Positions 35,901-48,307 of a DNA stretch of 64,000 bases are shown here, one piece after another (positions within the stretch are counted from its first letter, which is position 1; each line of letters starts with the position of its first letter). The position numbers were made by a program, and so were the translations under genes. This DNA is from Asterias rubens (lineage: Eukaryota): the NCBI RefSeq assembly GCF_902459465.1, contig NC_047078.1, positions 11,408,001-11,472,000 on the forward strand. The letters run 5' to 3'. The notes beneath the pieces are model-generated. The model searched no databases. It was not told the DNA's origin and was given only the letters and a program-made list of their open reading frames with translations.

Positions 35901-38900
35901 CCTAAATTTAAAGCCAAATTTCAGGGTGTGTGTATGTCTGTCTAGAACGAAGACGATGTTGTGTACCTCACCACAGAACAAGGCCCAGTTTCATGACTCT
36001 GCTCACCACGGATTTGTAGTCTGAAGGCGCTGAATTCTGCTGTGATCAGAGCAATCAAATTGGGTCCAGGGTGGATTTCACAAAGAGTTAAGACTCCTAT
36101 CTCTAGTTAGGACGAGTTACTCATCCTAACTTAGGACTAGCCATACGTTTTTAATATTTCCTAGGACTAGTCCTAAGTAAAAACTAGTCCCAACTCTTTG
36201 TTAAATCAACCCCTGGTCTGTCGGGATCATCCCATGTTTTAAAAATGACCCAACCAAACGAGTATATTCAATTTTATGCTATGCAAATGAAGGTAAACTT
36301 TATAAAGAAGTTTAAAAAAAGTATTGGCTGTATTTTTTTTACAGGTGTATCAGGCAGGAATGTACGGCCCAAAGTACGTATGGATCGCTCCATTTTGGAC
36401 TAGCAATGTTTGGTGGATCAATGCCAACCCGTCACTTATCGAACCCTGCACACAGGAACAAATCAATATAGTAGTCAACTCGACTCTTCATTTTGACGGG
36501 AACCAACGACGGGAAGAAGTGCTGGGCCTAGACTTCAATGGAGTGGTGAGATCTTGCGATTTGGTGGAGTTTTAACTCCAACGTTTTTCTTGGAGATAAA
36601 GAGATCGGCAACAAGGACCATAGGACAAGTTCCCTTTACACTCTGTCACTTGACTGCAAAGTCAGCCTTAGCAAATCCGCCCCTAAGTACTTCATGTATA
36701 TTTAATTATCTAAGTATTGCCCTCATAAACTCTGGAAATTGTTCAAGATGTGTTGGTGGCGACTTTGCAAAAGGACGACTTGGTAGTACAGAGGCAGCTT
36801 TCCTAGTGATGTGATGATTTTACAAATTAACTTTATGATGTTGTGCAAAGAAAGAGTTGAACCTGGGACCTTCGTCGGTGTTGTTGCAGTCTGCCCAAAA
36901 AATTGAAACATGTGTACCTAACTTCTTCTGAAAACGTCCCCGTTCATACGGCTGTAACTGCTCTTTGTGTTTTGTATACCAACTCTTTGAAACATGTTTT
37001 CCATTTTCCATTTTCTATGTTGCGATTATCAAAAGGAAATAGATTTAAGTATTCTCAAGAGATGATAGGACACTTATATATTGCTGTGAATTCAAATATT
37101 GAGGAGGACGGAGAAGAGGAGCATTCGATAAAAGTCAATCATTACGTTTAAAAGTGTAATATGGTAACCCCCTGCTTTGTTATATTGCTCATCCTAACAC
37201 AGTAGCACCAAATAATCGTACACAGTGCCTAATACCACAGCATATAGTAACTAATAAATATAATTATTCTTTGTAAATATTTTGTAGAAGCCGTTACCGG
37301 AACACTACGACTATTACAACAGTGAGCAACCCGACAGTGACACGCTGCCCTACACCTATGACGTCACCATAGCCATAGCATTAGCTCTCAATGCTTCCAT
37401 AGCTGACCTACAGCGTCTTGATCCTCCACGACGACTCCAAGATTTCAGCTACTCCGATGACGAGATGGCTAGAGTTATCCTGAAGAACGCTGACCACCTC
37501 AACTTCAATGGATTGCTGGTAAACAACGACAGCGACATCTACAACGGCAGCGACAGCGACAACCACAATGACATGGACAACAACAATGACAATGCGGCGT
37601 CAATAGCAGTGATAGCGACAACAACAACGACAGCGAAATCGACACTGCCAACGACAATGCCAACGACAACGACGAGGACAATGACAACTACTGCAGCTAC
37701 TACAATTACCATGACAGCGAAAACGACATTAGCAACGCAACGACAACGACAACAACGTCGACGATGACCTAGAACGACAACGACAACGACAATGTCAATG
37801 ACAATGACAACGACAAAACCAACAATGACCACAACGACAACATAAGCAGCAGTAAGGACACAATAAAACATTAGTTCTTCATTTTGTGCACTCGAAATCA
37901 ATCTGGAAATTATTTCATGCACTCCAAATGAGTACTATGTTTCTTGCCCGAAACAAGTTTCTTCGTGTGCTCGAAATTATTTCAAAATAAAGAGCCCAAA
38001 GCTGTGTTTTTATTGTTCATCACTCGTAATTTCATTATTTCCAGGGTCGGTTTCTGATTGAAAATGGATCAAGACGCACTGAATCGGTCTACATAGAGCA
38101 AGCTAGAGGTAGGCCTACTGCTTCATAAATGTTGACGTTAAATTCATATTATTTAATTTGTCAGATTGAACTGTAAATTTCCCTTGTCAGAATCGGTCAA
38201 AATTTTAACATTTCATAAATAAAAAGCATAATAAACTTTACTCATTTTTCCCGTAAGTTTAGGTACTTTTGCATTTTGTTTCTTTTTCGTGAACACATGA
38301 TTTTGTATTTCGTCATTCTGTTTACGGCAACAACGAGTGGATTTTCGTTATTCTTTTCAGGTGAATTGCCACTGTCAAGATTTTACAGTTTTTACCAGCC
38401 TCTTACTGTTGGCATTTGCCACCCAATGTTCGGAACAGCAAGTTTCTTAAACAACAGTTCATGTTGCTTTTATTATAATGAAAATATGGACATTTATATT
38501 GCGCAGAGACGTGTACTAACAAACTCTACTGCGCAATACAATGACTACAACAAAATGCAGAAAAAAGAAAGAAAAAAAAAACACAACAAAAAACACACAA
38601 ACAAACAAGAATGAAGTAAATGCGTGAAGTAAACAAATGGGTTTTGTAACTTCGATTGAACTACATTAAAAAATTATTAAGAACACAATTTCGTGTAAAC
38701 ATTCACAGGAAGCAATCTGGAGACAACAATGATTTACCAGGTGAAGACGAAACAATTCGTAACTGTTTCAGAGCCCGTATGGCAGGGTAAGAGTTATACA
38801 AGCACGACGATGTGTTTTTAAAGAGTTAAAAGGCAAAACATTCCTGTAAAACGTACCTTTCATCGTTGGGAATTCCAATGTCCAAGTGCTGACATTGTTG

Positions 38901-41900
38901 CCATCATTTGGAATATTTGTTGTAATGCTTCTTGGAAAATAGTATAATATCTAAAAACAAACGATTATTTATTGTTGACCCTTGTTTAGTACGACATGTC
39001 CCGAAACACATGCCCGACTCACCTTTACGGCAAACCATTGGAAAACCAACTATGTGTCCAACCGTTATGTTTGTAAAGCTATTAGACCGACCCAGTGTTT
39101 ATGTTTACCAACGTCCGAAAAAAACTATTGTTCGATCTACTGTGTCTGACACTCACGATGGCCGACACATTGTGTCAAACAAAAAATTGCCAAAGGTCCA
39201 TGACGGATGAACTAGGGGATAGCTCTGTCTAAAGGAAATTGTTGTTATATTAATCCATTTGGTAAGTGTGTGTGGGGGGGGGGGTACAGGGCGCCCCCTG
39301 TCACATATCATTACTGATATGTCACCTCCAAAGTAAAAAAAACTACTTTTTCAGGAGATCACGTCCCAGTGGACGGTATTACTAGACGGACAGTGATCCA
39401 GGAGATATCTTCAACAGCTCGTATCACGCTCTTCTCTCTCGCCTCACTCGGCTCTGTCATGGGTTTGACGTTCCTCTTCATCAACATCAAATACAAAGAT
39501 AAGAGGTATGCAACATTACATCATTGCAAACTGTCTCGGATCGTATCTTGGTCCATTGTGTGCATAACTTCACTGTTCTATGAGGGTACAATGTAAGATT
39601 AGCTAATGCAATGGGACGTGAAATACGTTTGGGCACAATTTCAGCGTGTTACTTTGTATTGCAAAGGTACTGACATGCACTTGTTTCTCAAAAGAGGTGC
39701 TTGCGTCCGGTGCACATTTCACATACTGACCAGATATATTGTGTCTGTGTCTTCTTCGCTCTATAACCTTTAATAACTTTAGTTAGAGCTGTGAACATGT
39801 TTTGAGAATATGGCGTCATAGTGGGACAGCACGACAAAATGTTCCAAGTCACCTATCGCCTTTGGTTCTACACACAACAAACGTGGAATCGATTTTAAAG
39901 AACAACCAGTGTTTTGGTTTATCATTTTTGACATTCCAGAGCTATCAAGATGTCAAGCCCTTCCTTGAGTAACCTGACTGTAGTCGGTTGTCTGCTTCTC
40001 TACGCATCGGTGTTTGCCTCAGGATGGGATAAGACTAACCTGCCTGACTCGGCCATCGTCATCAAGTGTCATGTAAGTTTTGCTACCATCCCATGCAGTC
40101 ATCGTTGGGTATCGCAACCCGCAACAAGTTGAACTGGTCATTGTGTGTGCACACTCTATTTGAAAAGCCCGCTTTTTATGTTGTAATGCGTATTAAAGTT
40201 CAGGCTCAACAAATTCAGACAGTCCCGGCCCTATCACGTTTGGTCTCCGTCCACCATTATTTATGGAGTACATTCTAAACATTTTAAAATTCCAAATAGA
40301 GATTCTCTATTAATGTAGATATCTCTATATATTGTTAATAAAGATATCTCTATACATGTATATTGTTAGTAGAGATATCTATTATCAATATAGATATCTC
40401 TATTAATAGAGATATCTCTATTAACATTATATAGAGATATCTCTATTAATAATAGAGATATCACTATTATTGGATTGAAGAGAAGTTACACGTTTGGTAA
40501 TAACTCAAAACAGGTATTAACTTTTCACAGGCTTGTTATTTTATGCTTATGTTGGGATACACCAAGTGAGAAGACTGGTCTATGACAATTACCAAACGTG
40601 TACCTTCAAAAATGTACTCCATAATTATTCCCCGCTCAATGTTGGTTTTCATTGCACGGTCTGCGCTCCTAGCAGCATTGAGTGGATAAGCAGGGGACGG
40701 GATGGTATGTTTCGTTTCACATTATTAAAGGCCTATTCACACAATTAAATGGTTGATAAAAGCATTGAAAAAAAAAAGATGGCCGAAGACGAGCAGTGGA
40801 GTCGGGAGCGCAAACTGAGGCCGTGTCCGAAACGACGACTTCGGCTACAGCTACGTCTAGATCAGCGCGTCTACTAGTGTTGAGGAATAGGCAGACGCGC
40901 GCGATCTAGCCGTAGCTCTAGCCAAAGTCGCCGTTTCGGACACGGCCTAAGTTACCAAATGAGTAGGGCCTATATGAAAAGTGGAAGTTTGATTACCCGC
41001 TATTCTATCAGTCAAGCTTACATTTATTGCTTTAGTTCCCTAATGTTCCTACAGTAATTTATTTTGTCAGGTTGAGAGAATGCTGATATCTGTTGGATTG
41101 TCTCTGGCCTTCGGTTCTGTCTTCATGAAGACCTATCGGATACACGCAATCTTCGCTGTAGCGGTCAAACGCTTCAAGAAAATTGTGAGTAGACCTATTG
41201 CCTCTATACTGTAACCACTCCCCCCTTTTTTCTCTTTTTTTAACACAAAATAAGCCTTTTTGGCAGGCGAGAATTAGTGAAGTTTAGCTGCACGTTACGC
41301 GCGAGCAATACGTGCATGCTCATCGTGACGTCTGCGCGCACGGTACGTACCTGGCTGAAAATGTGAGATTCACTGACTCAATTGTTTGACGTTCACGTTC
41401 TAGTTCACTCCGGAACAGGCAACTAAATAAAACTCCCTATTGTACTGGTCACTATACGGCAAGCTTGACATTTTGTGTAAATAATTATCTCCGTGCACAA
41501 CCACAATCATGGGTACCCATTGTTTTCGTGTCTATTTTATGAATACCGGTTTGAAAAATACATTGAAATCAATATTATGTTGATATCAACCAGCAATCGC
41601 TGTGTCAATGATGAATAACAAGAATTGAGTTTTGTTGAATATAAGGTCTGCAAAGAGTTAAAACAATAATTATACCTTTATGATGGTGCAGCCATCTTCA
41701 TTTTCCCCATTGATAACATTGTAACAAACCGAGGCTGGAAGAACAAAATAGTCTGGTTCCTATTTGCATAATGATTATTAGCATTCATTATTGTTATTCG
41801 ATACAAGTACATGACCAAGATGGAGGCAGTATGATAAAGGTCTATATTTACCTGTTGTTCGACAGTTTAATTGTTTGGTTTCTTTGTAACAACACAAGAG

Positions 41901-44900
41901 AGTGCACTAATTGGTAATGTATAAGTTCTCACAGCTCTGTACCGACATTATACGCTGGTAAGAGATTTTCTATTTGGGACAGCTATTCTTGATTGATTAT
42001 TTTGTTATTTCATTATTTAAAAGGATCTGCCAGACTGGAAGCTGATTGGCGGAGTTGTAATAATCGTTTTTGCTGACGTCATAGTTTTTGTACTTTGGAT
42101 AATTTTGGACACGACGGCTGTTTACACACGGTCACTCCAGCCTTACGTAAGTTTTTGTGCTAAAAATACATCCGGAACAAACATCTGAATGGAAAATATG
42201 TTTTTAAAGTAAAATGTGATACAAACAATAATGCCTTGAAATTATAAGGTTTTTCTTCATGAAGTCAAAGGAAAACCACAACATTTTATTGTGCGAATCA
42301 TTATAATCTGCTTTTCAAAGTATTTCCATTCACACTTATTCATAACAAACGCTAAGGCGCCCCATCCGATACAACATGTCTATTTAAATTATGCCCGGTT
42401 GCTCGTTGTTCAAAATCTCCAGTGTCAGACAGTTCTAGCGTGTTTTGTAATGAATTCTGGACGCACTCTTAAAAGAACATTACAGAATTGGTGCGCAGAA
42501 AAAACAGTTGTGGCAGTGTAAGCACTTTATGTTATCCACCATACATAAACTGACTAACCTGTGTAAGTTTGGGATCGATCGGCCATCTGCGTCACAAGAA
42601 AATAGTTTTAAAAAAAACGATTACAAATTTGTTTTACATTTTGTTATCGATTCAAGGTGAAATTAATTATTTTAATTATGCTCACTGAGCGATAACTTCA
42701 AACGGTTAAATTGGTTCTATCTATTTCTCACCAAATTATGACATTTTAGACATAATTTTTTTAAGGAATGTTTTCTACTATCTTCATCATCAGTAGACCA
42801 TTTAAGTTTTATGTAATAATGTAAATCTGTGATCTGAGACGAGCTTTTTCTTCTTACAATTTCCGTAATGTTCATTGAAACAAATGTTATTTGAAACAAA
42901 TTAACTAATATTGAGGAATGACCAGGACATAACATAGTAACCGACTGAGAAACTATATCGTAAACCTTTTCTCTTTTTTTTCAGCTGGATATGACTGCAC
43001 CAGAGAAGGAGATTTTTGACGTACCGGAAATTATATATTGCAGCAGTGCACATGCGCAGTACTTCACCATGGCCCTCTACGTTGTAAAGGGAGTACTTCT
43101 CACCTTTGGTCTGTTCCTAGCGTGGGAGACAAGGAACATCTGTATATCACAGCTGAATGACAGTAAGTACTTTAAAGAAATACTCTGCCCTGCAGGAAGT
43201 GGGCGTGACTGCAGTCTGTTGACTAGACTTGGTCCTTTTAGTTGAAACAGCGCCCTCTTGTAATAAACCTCCGACATAATATATTGCGAGTTTAGGGCGC
43301 GTGATAGCTAGTCTTGTGGAAGCGTCTTTCGTGGCTGGGATGCAGAGGAATAACCGCGATCTAAGATTTGAAACTAGTCGTATTTGTTGACCGGTTCTCT
43401 AGAACCATAACCCCTGCAGCAACTACAGCTGTACTGGTTACAAGCCAAACATCGCATTGTATTCAAACTAGGCCTACTATGCCAGCATGGCGTAGCTCCT
43501 TCCTACCTTATTGACATTCCGTCTTTTCAGGACTCAAGTAGGCAACACTGGTATTTACTCTTGTAAACATCACTCTGTGATTGTCACTTTTTTTCTCAAA
43601 AAAATGACGACTAATGCTTGAAGGTTTATTATTTTACATACATCTTTATTCACAATGAGTATGGAATCATATCATTGCCACAAACTTGAAAATACATAAG
43701 AAAAAATCAAAACCCTTTTAGAATGATTTAGTGCGCTTTGTGAACCCATACTTATCTTTATGTAATTCTCTCACACTTCATACAGGTAAGTACATCGCAG
43801 CCTCAGTATACATTGTCTCTCTGACCATCGCTCTGACTATCCCAACTATGACCATACTGGGTGATGACGTCAACATGACGTTTGTCATATCTGCTTCGGC
43901 CATTTTGTTTGTCAACACTTCGATGCTTTGCCTCAATTTCCTCCCAAAGGTAACTGTTGTTGGCTTCTTAGAAGAGTTTGTCAAAATGGGAACTTTTAAC
44001 TTTCAGAATAGTGTCAAAAAATCGATGCATTGGGGCTAGTGTATTTTAGAATGCGTTTTTTTAAAGTTGGTTACAACGCGGCAAGATCGATCTCCCATGA
44101 GAACGAGGTTGGTGATATGACTCGATGAGGGCGTTGTTTGACTCAGTGACGTCATGGAATAGGTCACAGATCATGACGGCACAGCCCCTTTATGGATGTC
44201 GGGACCGAGCAGAATAGCTCCGAACTCAATCTCTGGTTCTTTTTCTGTTCTGCAGAGTGTGGGTCCGAATTCCGTTCTACACCCAAGGGGGTGGGTGGGG
44301 GGTGGGGGGGGGGGTAAATGGGTATGTGAAGGCAAAGATGGTTCTAGTGATTAATTTAGCAGAGTAGCGCATAAACTTGTGACACAGGCTGTATATACTC
44401 CACAGGGAGCTGATATAAAATCCCCAGTGACCAGGAGTAGTCATATTGAAGCGTTTTAAATAAAAGTATGTTTGTAAACCTAATTATGTTCGATATACCC
44501 CTTGCATAGACTGGTGTCGAAGATTTCAAACAATTGAAACGAGCAAGCGCGAACGTCAACTTGCCCCCGTCTTTATCCGCAATGATAAAAACATGCATTG
44601 GTTTTCCAGAACCTTTGATTTCATTGGTTACAATGGTTGCATTGAAAAACGTGCTGTGATGACGTAAGCTTTCCTAATAATCTGTATTTTGACTTTTCTG
44701 AGGTGGCGTTTGGCAGCTGCACTTTCGGTCGTCTGCATGAAGCTAGCAGCGTCGATTTGTTTTATATTAAGTAAACACGTACGTAGGATTTGACTTCGAA
44801 TCTGTAAGTAAAATAAATGCGAGGTCTATGTGCTTGTGGATGGGAAGAGACATAGGGTCGAGGTGGATCTCTTGCTTAGCTCATGTGAGCCCCCAAAACG

Positions 44901-46173
44901 TGACGTCAGATGTTCAAGCTAGTGCGTACATGCGTCTTTTACTCCAGCAAATGAAAAGTCTTCCTTTGACCTCAGTGAGGGCGCTGTTTCTGCTTCTGAC
45001 GTCATATGCGAGGTCTAAGTGTCATGTCACACGAGGCAATTTACAGGCAACCAGTTCCAGGCAATCTCAAAGAAGATAAGGCATTCACATTTCAATATTC
45101 ACATACTTTTTTGGGGATCATAAGACAATTTTAAGAAAATTACTCATGAGCTATCAATGTGGTCTCGTAGCATGCACTGCGGTTGGTTGCCTCCAAGTTG
45201 CGTGGAAAAGTTGCCTCGTGTAACAAGACCCTAATGACATGATTGTTTCGTTGTTTAATAGTTGTATCTGCTGATAACAGTGAAAGAGGAGGATTTCCAC
45301 ATAAGTATGATGCACTCGATGGGGTACGGAGAGTCGTCAGGAACTCACACTTCCATCACAAAACGAAAGTCTAAACTAACAGGACTTCGCTCGCAGCTTG
45401 AAAAGGTAAACCTCCAACCTCAAAGTTTGCAAACAATTCTCCGCCTTCTTTGAGGTTGCTACTGTGCAACCTACTGAAGTAGAGGTTCCCGCTTTCTACC
45501 AACTATTTGGGCCTTTGTTGGCCGTCAATGACCTTATTTCGGGAGCCCGCCAACATAGGGCTAGATAGCTCAGTGGCAAGTCCATCCGGATGTCGTTGGT
45601 TCGAATCCCAAGTCGAATTTTCTTTGTTCTACCAAATTAGTCATTTAAAAATTTACCCAGTCAGTTTCCCTTGTGGTTTGTATTGATATATTATTTTATT
45701 CTATGTAAGCCAACTTTAAAGCCACTAACTACCGTGTAGCAAAGAGCTAAAGATTGATAGCACATTACTCAATTAATGTTATGTCACAATACAACACACT
45801 ATAGATGGTAATACTGCAGTGTCTTGCGATGAATCTTATTGCTCTAGCAGAGGGATCACACCCAATTTTACTTACGACTATTTACAATGTATAGTTGCTT
45901 CATGAATCAGACACTAACAAGGCTGGGTAAGAACTGATCCATACAAATTCTCTCTTTTCAAAATAATTAGTTGGTGGTCAGAGAGAAGTTCGTGGGTAAC
46001 ATGCACCCGACAGCACACAGTAGAGCCATTACTAGTTTGTGTGTTTCAGTATTAGTTTATTTGAGTACCTTGAATGCATTTCCTGTGATGTTTTAATCAG
46101 TATTTGGTTACTTCCTTTTATACAGAAAGAAGCCAAGCTTGAAGAATTGTGTAAACAGCTCATTCATCAATAG
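26948..46173 (+). CDS. GABA-B receptor-like class C GPCR (signal peptide, Venus flytrap, 7TM, short coiled-coil tail). Coding exons: 26948-27229, 32470-32610, 33012-33179, 33871-33978, 34920-34985, 36345-36545, 37288-37518, 38045-38108, 38709-38786, 39355-39505, 39940-40072, 41071-41184, 42024-42146, 42985-43162, 43786-43949, 45262-45405, 46126-46173; 797 aa
   Basis: Motifs PLYIGAFFP, LSDRSIYPY.VR, QDARII, MYGPKYVWI, YTYD...AIALALN, IKMSSPSLSNL..VGC.L.Y, KTYRIHAIF, KG.LL.FGLFLAWETR, LNDSKYI..SVY and FLPK are typical of the GABA-B family. All 16 introns are GT-AG and in phase (2394 nt). I cannot assign it to GABBR1 or GABBR2. Confidence 0.93.
28182..28563 (-). mobile_element. Kolobok/T2-like MITE, near-complete copy
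   Basis: Same TIRs and internal sequence (CACCCTCTGTCACACGAAGTTGTG; TTCAGAGGGAGCCGTTT). Confidence 0.78.
28565..30188 (+). repeat. Head-to-tail tandem duplication of about 811 bp (28565-29375 and 29376-30188) in GPCR intron 1
   Basis: Both copies start TAACCAATAATAAACAATGCAT and end CCTGAAACAGGTGAGCTTTCAGG, with only scattered substitutions and small indels. Confidence 0.93.
30072..30229 (-). mobile_element. 3' end of a CR1/L2-type LINE (a duplicate of its tail lies at 29262-29375)
   Basis: Minus-strand translation ...TAYFKTLLKAHLFQEVFHQ*, typical of a CR1/L2 ORF2 C-terminus, followed by GGCGCTTTATAAAT and an (ATTG)n tail. Confidence 0.65.
30230..31451. mobile_element. Non-autonomous element with CACTCAGAAAA...TTTTCTGAGTG ends (EnSpm/CMC-like), containing a nested fold-back of about 450 bp (30677-31128)
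   Basis: 11-bp terminal inverted repeats starting CACT, many subterminal TTAC(C/A) motifs, and a long internal imperfect inverted repeat. The TSD is not clean. Confidence 0.5.
37519..37850 (+). repeat. Cryptic (ACAACG/ACAATG)n simple repeat starting at the GPCR exon-7 donor
   Basis: Directly visible; gives Asn/Asp/Thr-rich reading frames. Confidence 0.85.
40295..40470. repeat. AT-rich minisatellite of self-complementary TAGAGATATCTCTA units
   Basis: Several repeats of the palindromic core, some degenerate, with ATTAAT-type spacers. Confidence 0.8.
40819..40947. mobile_element. Second copy of the 129-bp Harbinger-like MITE
   Basis: Near-identical to 17736-17864; flanks TGA/TAA. Confidence 0.75.
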
Positions 46174-47148
46174 GCAGTTGATTGTAAGTATTCCGAGGGC
46201 CTGATGACAACGCCATATTACAGGGGTGAGTCAACAAGAAGTTCACCGGGATTGGTGATGTGTTCCAAAAAGAACAGAAAAGTTACACCCACAAGTTCAG
46301 TAAAGGATATTTACTGAGCACTCTTTCATGCTTATTAGAAGAAAGATAATAGCATTATTACAAACAAACGCATTATTATTCGAAAACAAGTTATTTCAGA
46401 TTTAATCTACAAAAGTTTTAGCCCTAAAAAAATATGGTCAGATTATTTAAATAGGTCAATACAATTATTACAACAACAGTGAAAAGAAAACACAGTCACA
46501 AAGCATATTCCTTGCTAAGGATAACATTGGTTTGTTTATTTAAAATCTTAATCAGTCGTTGGTTCAATCTTGCTTGTAGTTATTGCTCGTTCAACCCAAA
46601 ATGTTTTTTAAGCTACCAGGTGAATTCCTCTTGCAGTTTATTTTTATTTGACTGGTACTCTTGAAGAAAAAAATGACAACCAACATAGGGCTATCGCTAG
46701 CTCAGTTAGTAGAGTGCCGTAATGGTGGCAGAATCTGTTCCCCGGAGATTAATGGTCCCCCATATGGCAAACTTGCTACAACTTTTTTCTGATAGCGCCC
46801 TCTTTTGAATCCTCCGCAGCCCACGTTAAATTCCCATGATGGGACCGAATCTCCGGCGGACAGAATTCGCCTGGAGATTTTAAGTGTCCTCATATTTATT
46901 GCAAGCTGTGTCAACTTCTGATAGCGCCCTCTGCCACCTCCTTCGGCTCATGTTTCCTTCGTGGTAAAACTCGATGTTTTAGTGATTGATTGGTTTTATT
47001 TAGAGTATAAACTAGCACCATGTTAAAAATGTTCAAATAAAAGAGGATTGTCCAAGTGGGTTCTCGAAGCTTGTAGGGTTCGAAGTTGTGTTGAACCTTT
47101 TTCAACAGTTACTTGTGTCGGCCCAACTGATGTCGTTAGTGATGCTAA

Positions 47149-48307
47149 TTAACCAGAACATATAAGGAAACGTCCAGGTCCCTTCTTTCTCTTGTCACAC
47201 GTACATGCTTGACCGTACTTCTCGCAAGCTGAAAACAAATTAATAACAAACATTTTTTTTTATGGCAGTGGAAACTATTGGTAGTTACTGAAAATGGTTA
47301 TTAGCAGAAAATCTTTCTTGGTGACGAGTAATGGGGAGAGGTCGATGGTATGAAACATTGTGAGAAACGGCTCCCTCTGAAGTGCCATAGTTTTCGAGAA
47401 AGAAGTAATTTTCCACGATTTTTGATTTGGAGACCTCAAATTTAGAACTTGAGGGCTCGAAATCAACCATGATGAAAGCACACAACTTTGTGTGACGAGA
47501 GTTTTATTTCTGTTATTATTATCTTGCAAGTTCGATGACCGATTGGGCTCAAATTATTTACAGGTTTGTTCTTTTATGCATATATTGAGATAAACCAACT
47601 GTGAAGGCTAGTCTTTTGACAATTACCAATAGTGTCCACTGCCTTCATGAAATTGACAGGCGAGTCCATAAAGGAACCCACAACCTAAGCAATTCTAGAG
47701 CAGTGTCTTACCAACTAGACCACCGAGATTGGCGGGCAGCTAGAGACACTTCGAGGCCTATATTGTAGCAGCATACAGTGCTAGCACACATCAGTGTTTG
47801 GTAAAACCCGAATTACTATTCTTTATCCCCGATGCAAATTGTTCATCTATTAAAAGCGTACCTGCTGCTAAAATAAGACTCTGCTTTAGAATGGCAAAGG
47901 TAGTCGGTTCGAATCCCAGGAGTAAATATGCCTGTGATTTTGTTTTTACAAAACTCGGGGAAATACTGATGAGTATACAGTGCTTACACACATCGGTAAG
48001 ACACATCTCTAGAAAGGCAAAGGTCTCGGGTTTCGAATCTCACCTGAGTGCCAAACTTTTTTTTTTTAAATAGACATCAGTGTTGGGTAAAATTAAAACG
48101 AACAGCCTACTTACGTTCCATATCATCCCGTGTGAGAGGTCCGAGCTTGTTTTTGCCTCCCCTGTTCTTGCCCCTGCCGCGGCCTCGTTTCACGAACTCC
48201 ATTAATTCATCAACGGGAAGGTAGTCCTCATCACCGTCTTCATCTGCCAGGACAAAGGCCGTCATTACGGCTAGCGCCATCAACGTTATAAACAACTTAG
48301 CCACCAT
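47149..48307 (-). CDS. CrAMP-like cysteine-rich cationic prepropeptide, copy A (exons 48307-48115 and 47228-47149; 90 aa): MVAKLFITLMALAVMTAFVLA / DEDGDEDYLPVDELMEFVKR / GRGRGKNRGGKNKLGPLTRDDMEPCEKYGQACTCDKRKKGPGRFLICSG
   Basis: Hydrophobic 21-aa signal, acidic pro-piece and KR site. GTAAGT donor (48114) and TTTTCAG acceptor (47229) form a phase-1 intron. 4-Cys C-terminus; AATAAA at 47000-46995. The C-x-C-D-K-R-K motif and GR/K-rich N-terminus match my recollection of Patiria pectinifera PpCrAMP. Confidence 0.88.
47263..47646 (+). mobile_element. Kolobok/T2-like MITE in CrAMP-A intron 2
   Basis: GGCAGTGGAAACTATTGG...CCAATAGTGTCCACTGCCT. Confidence 0.75.

Noticed and set aside
37539-37922. 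Val-rich minus-strand ORF resembling a membrane protein
   Set aside because: Antisense reading of the ACAACG simple repeat.
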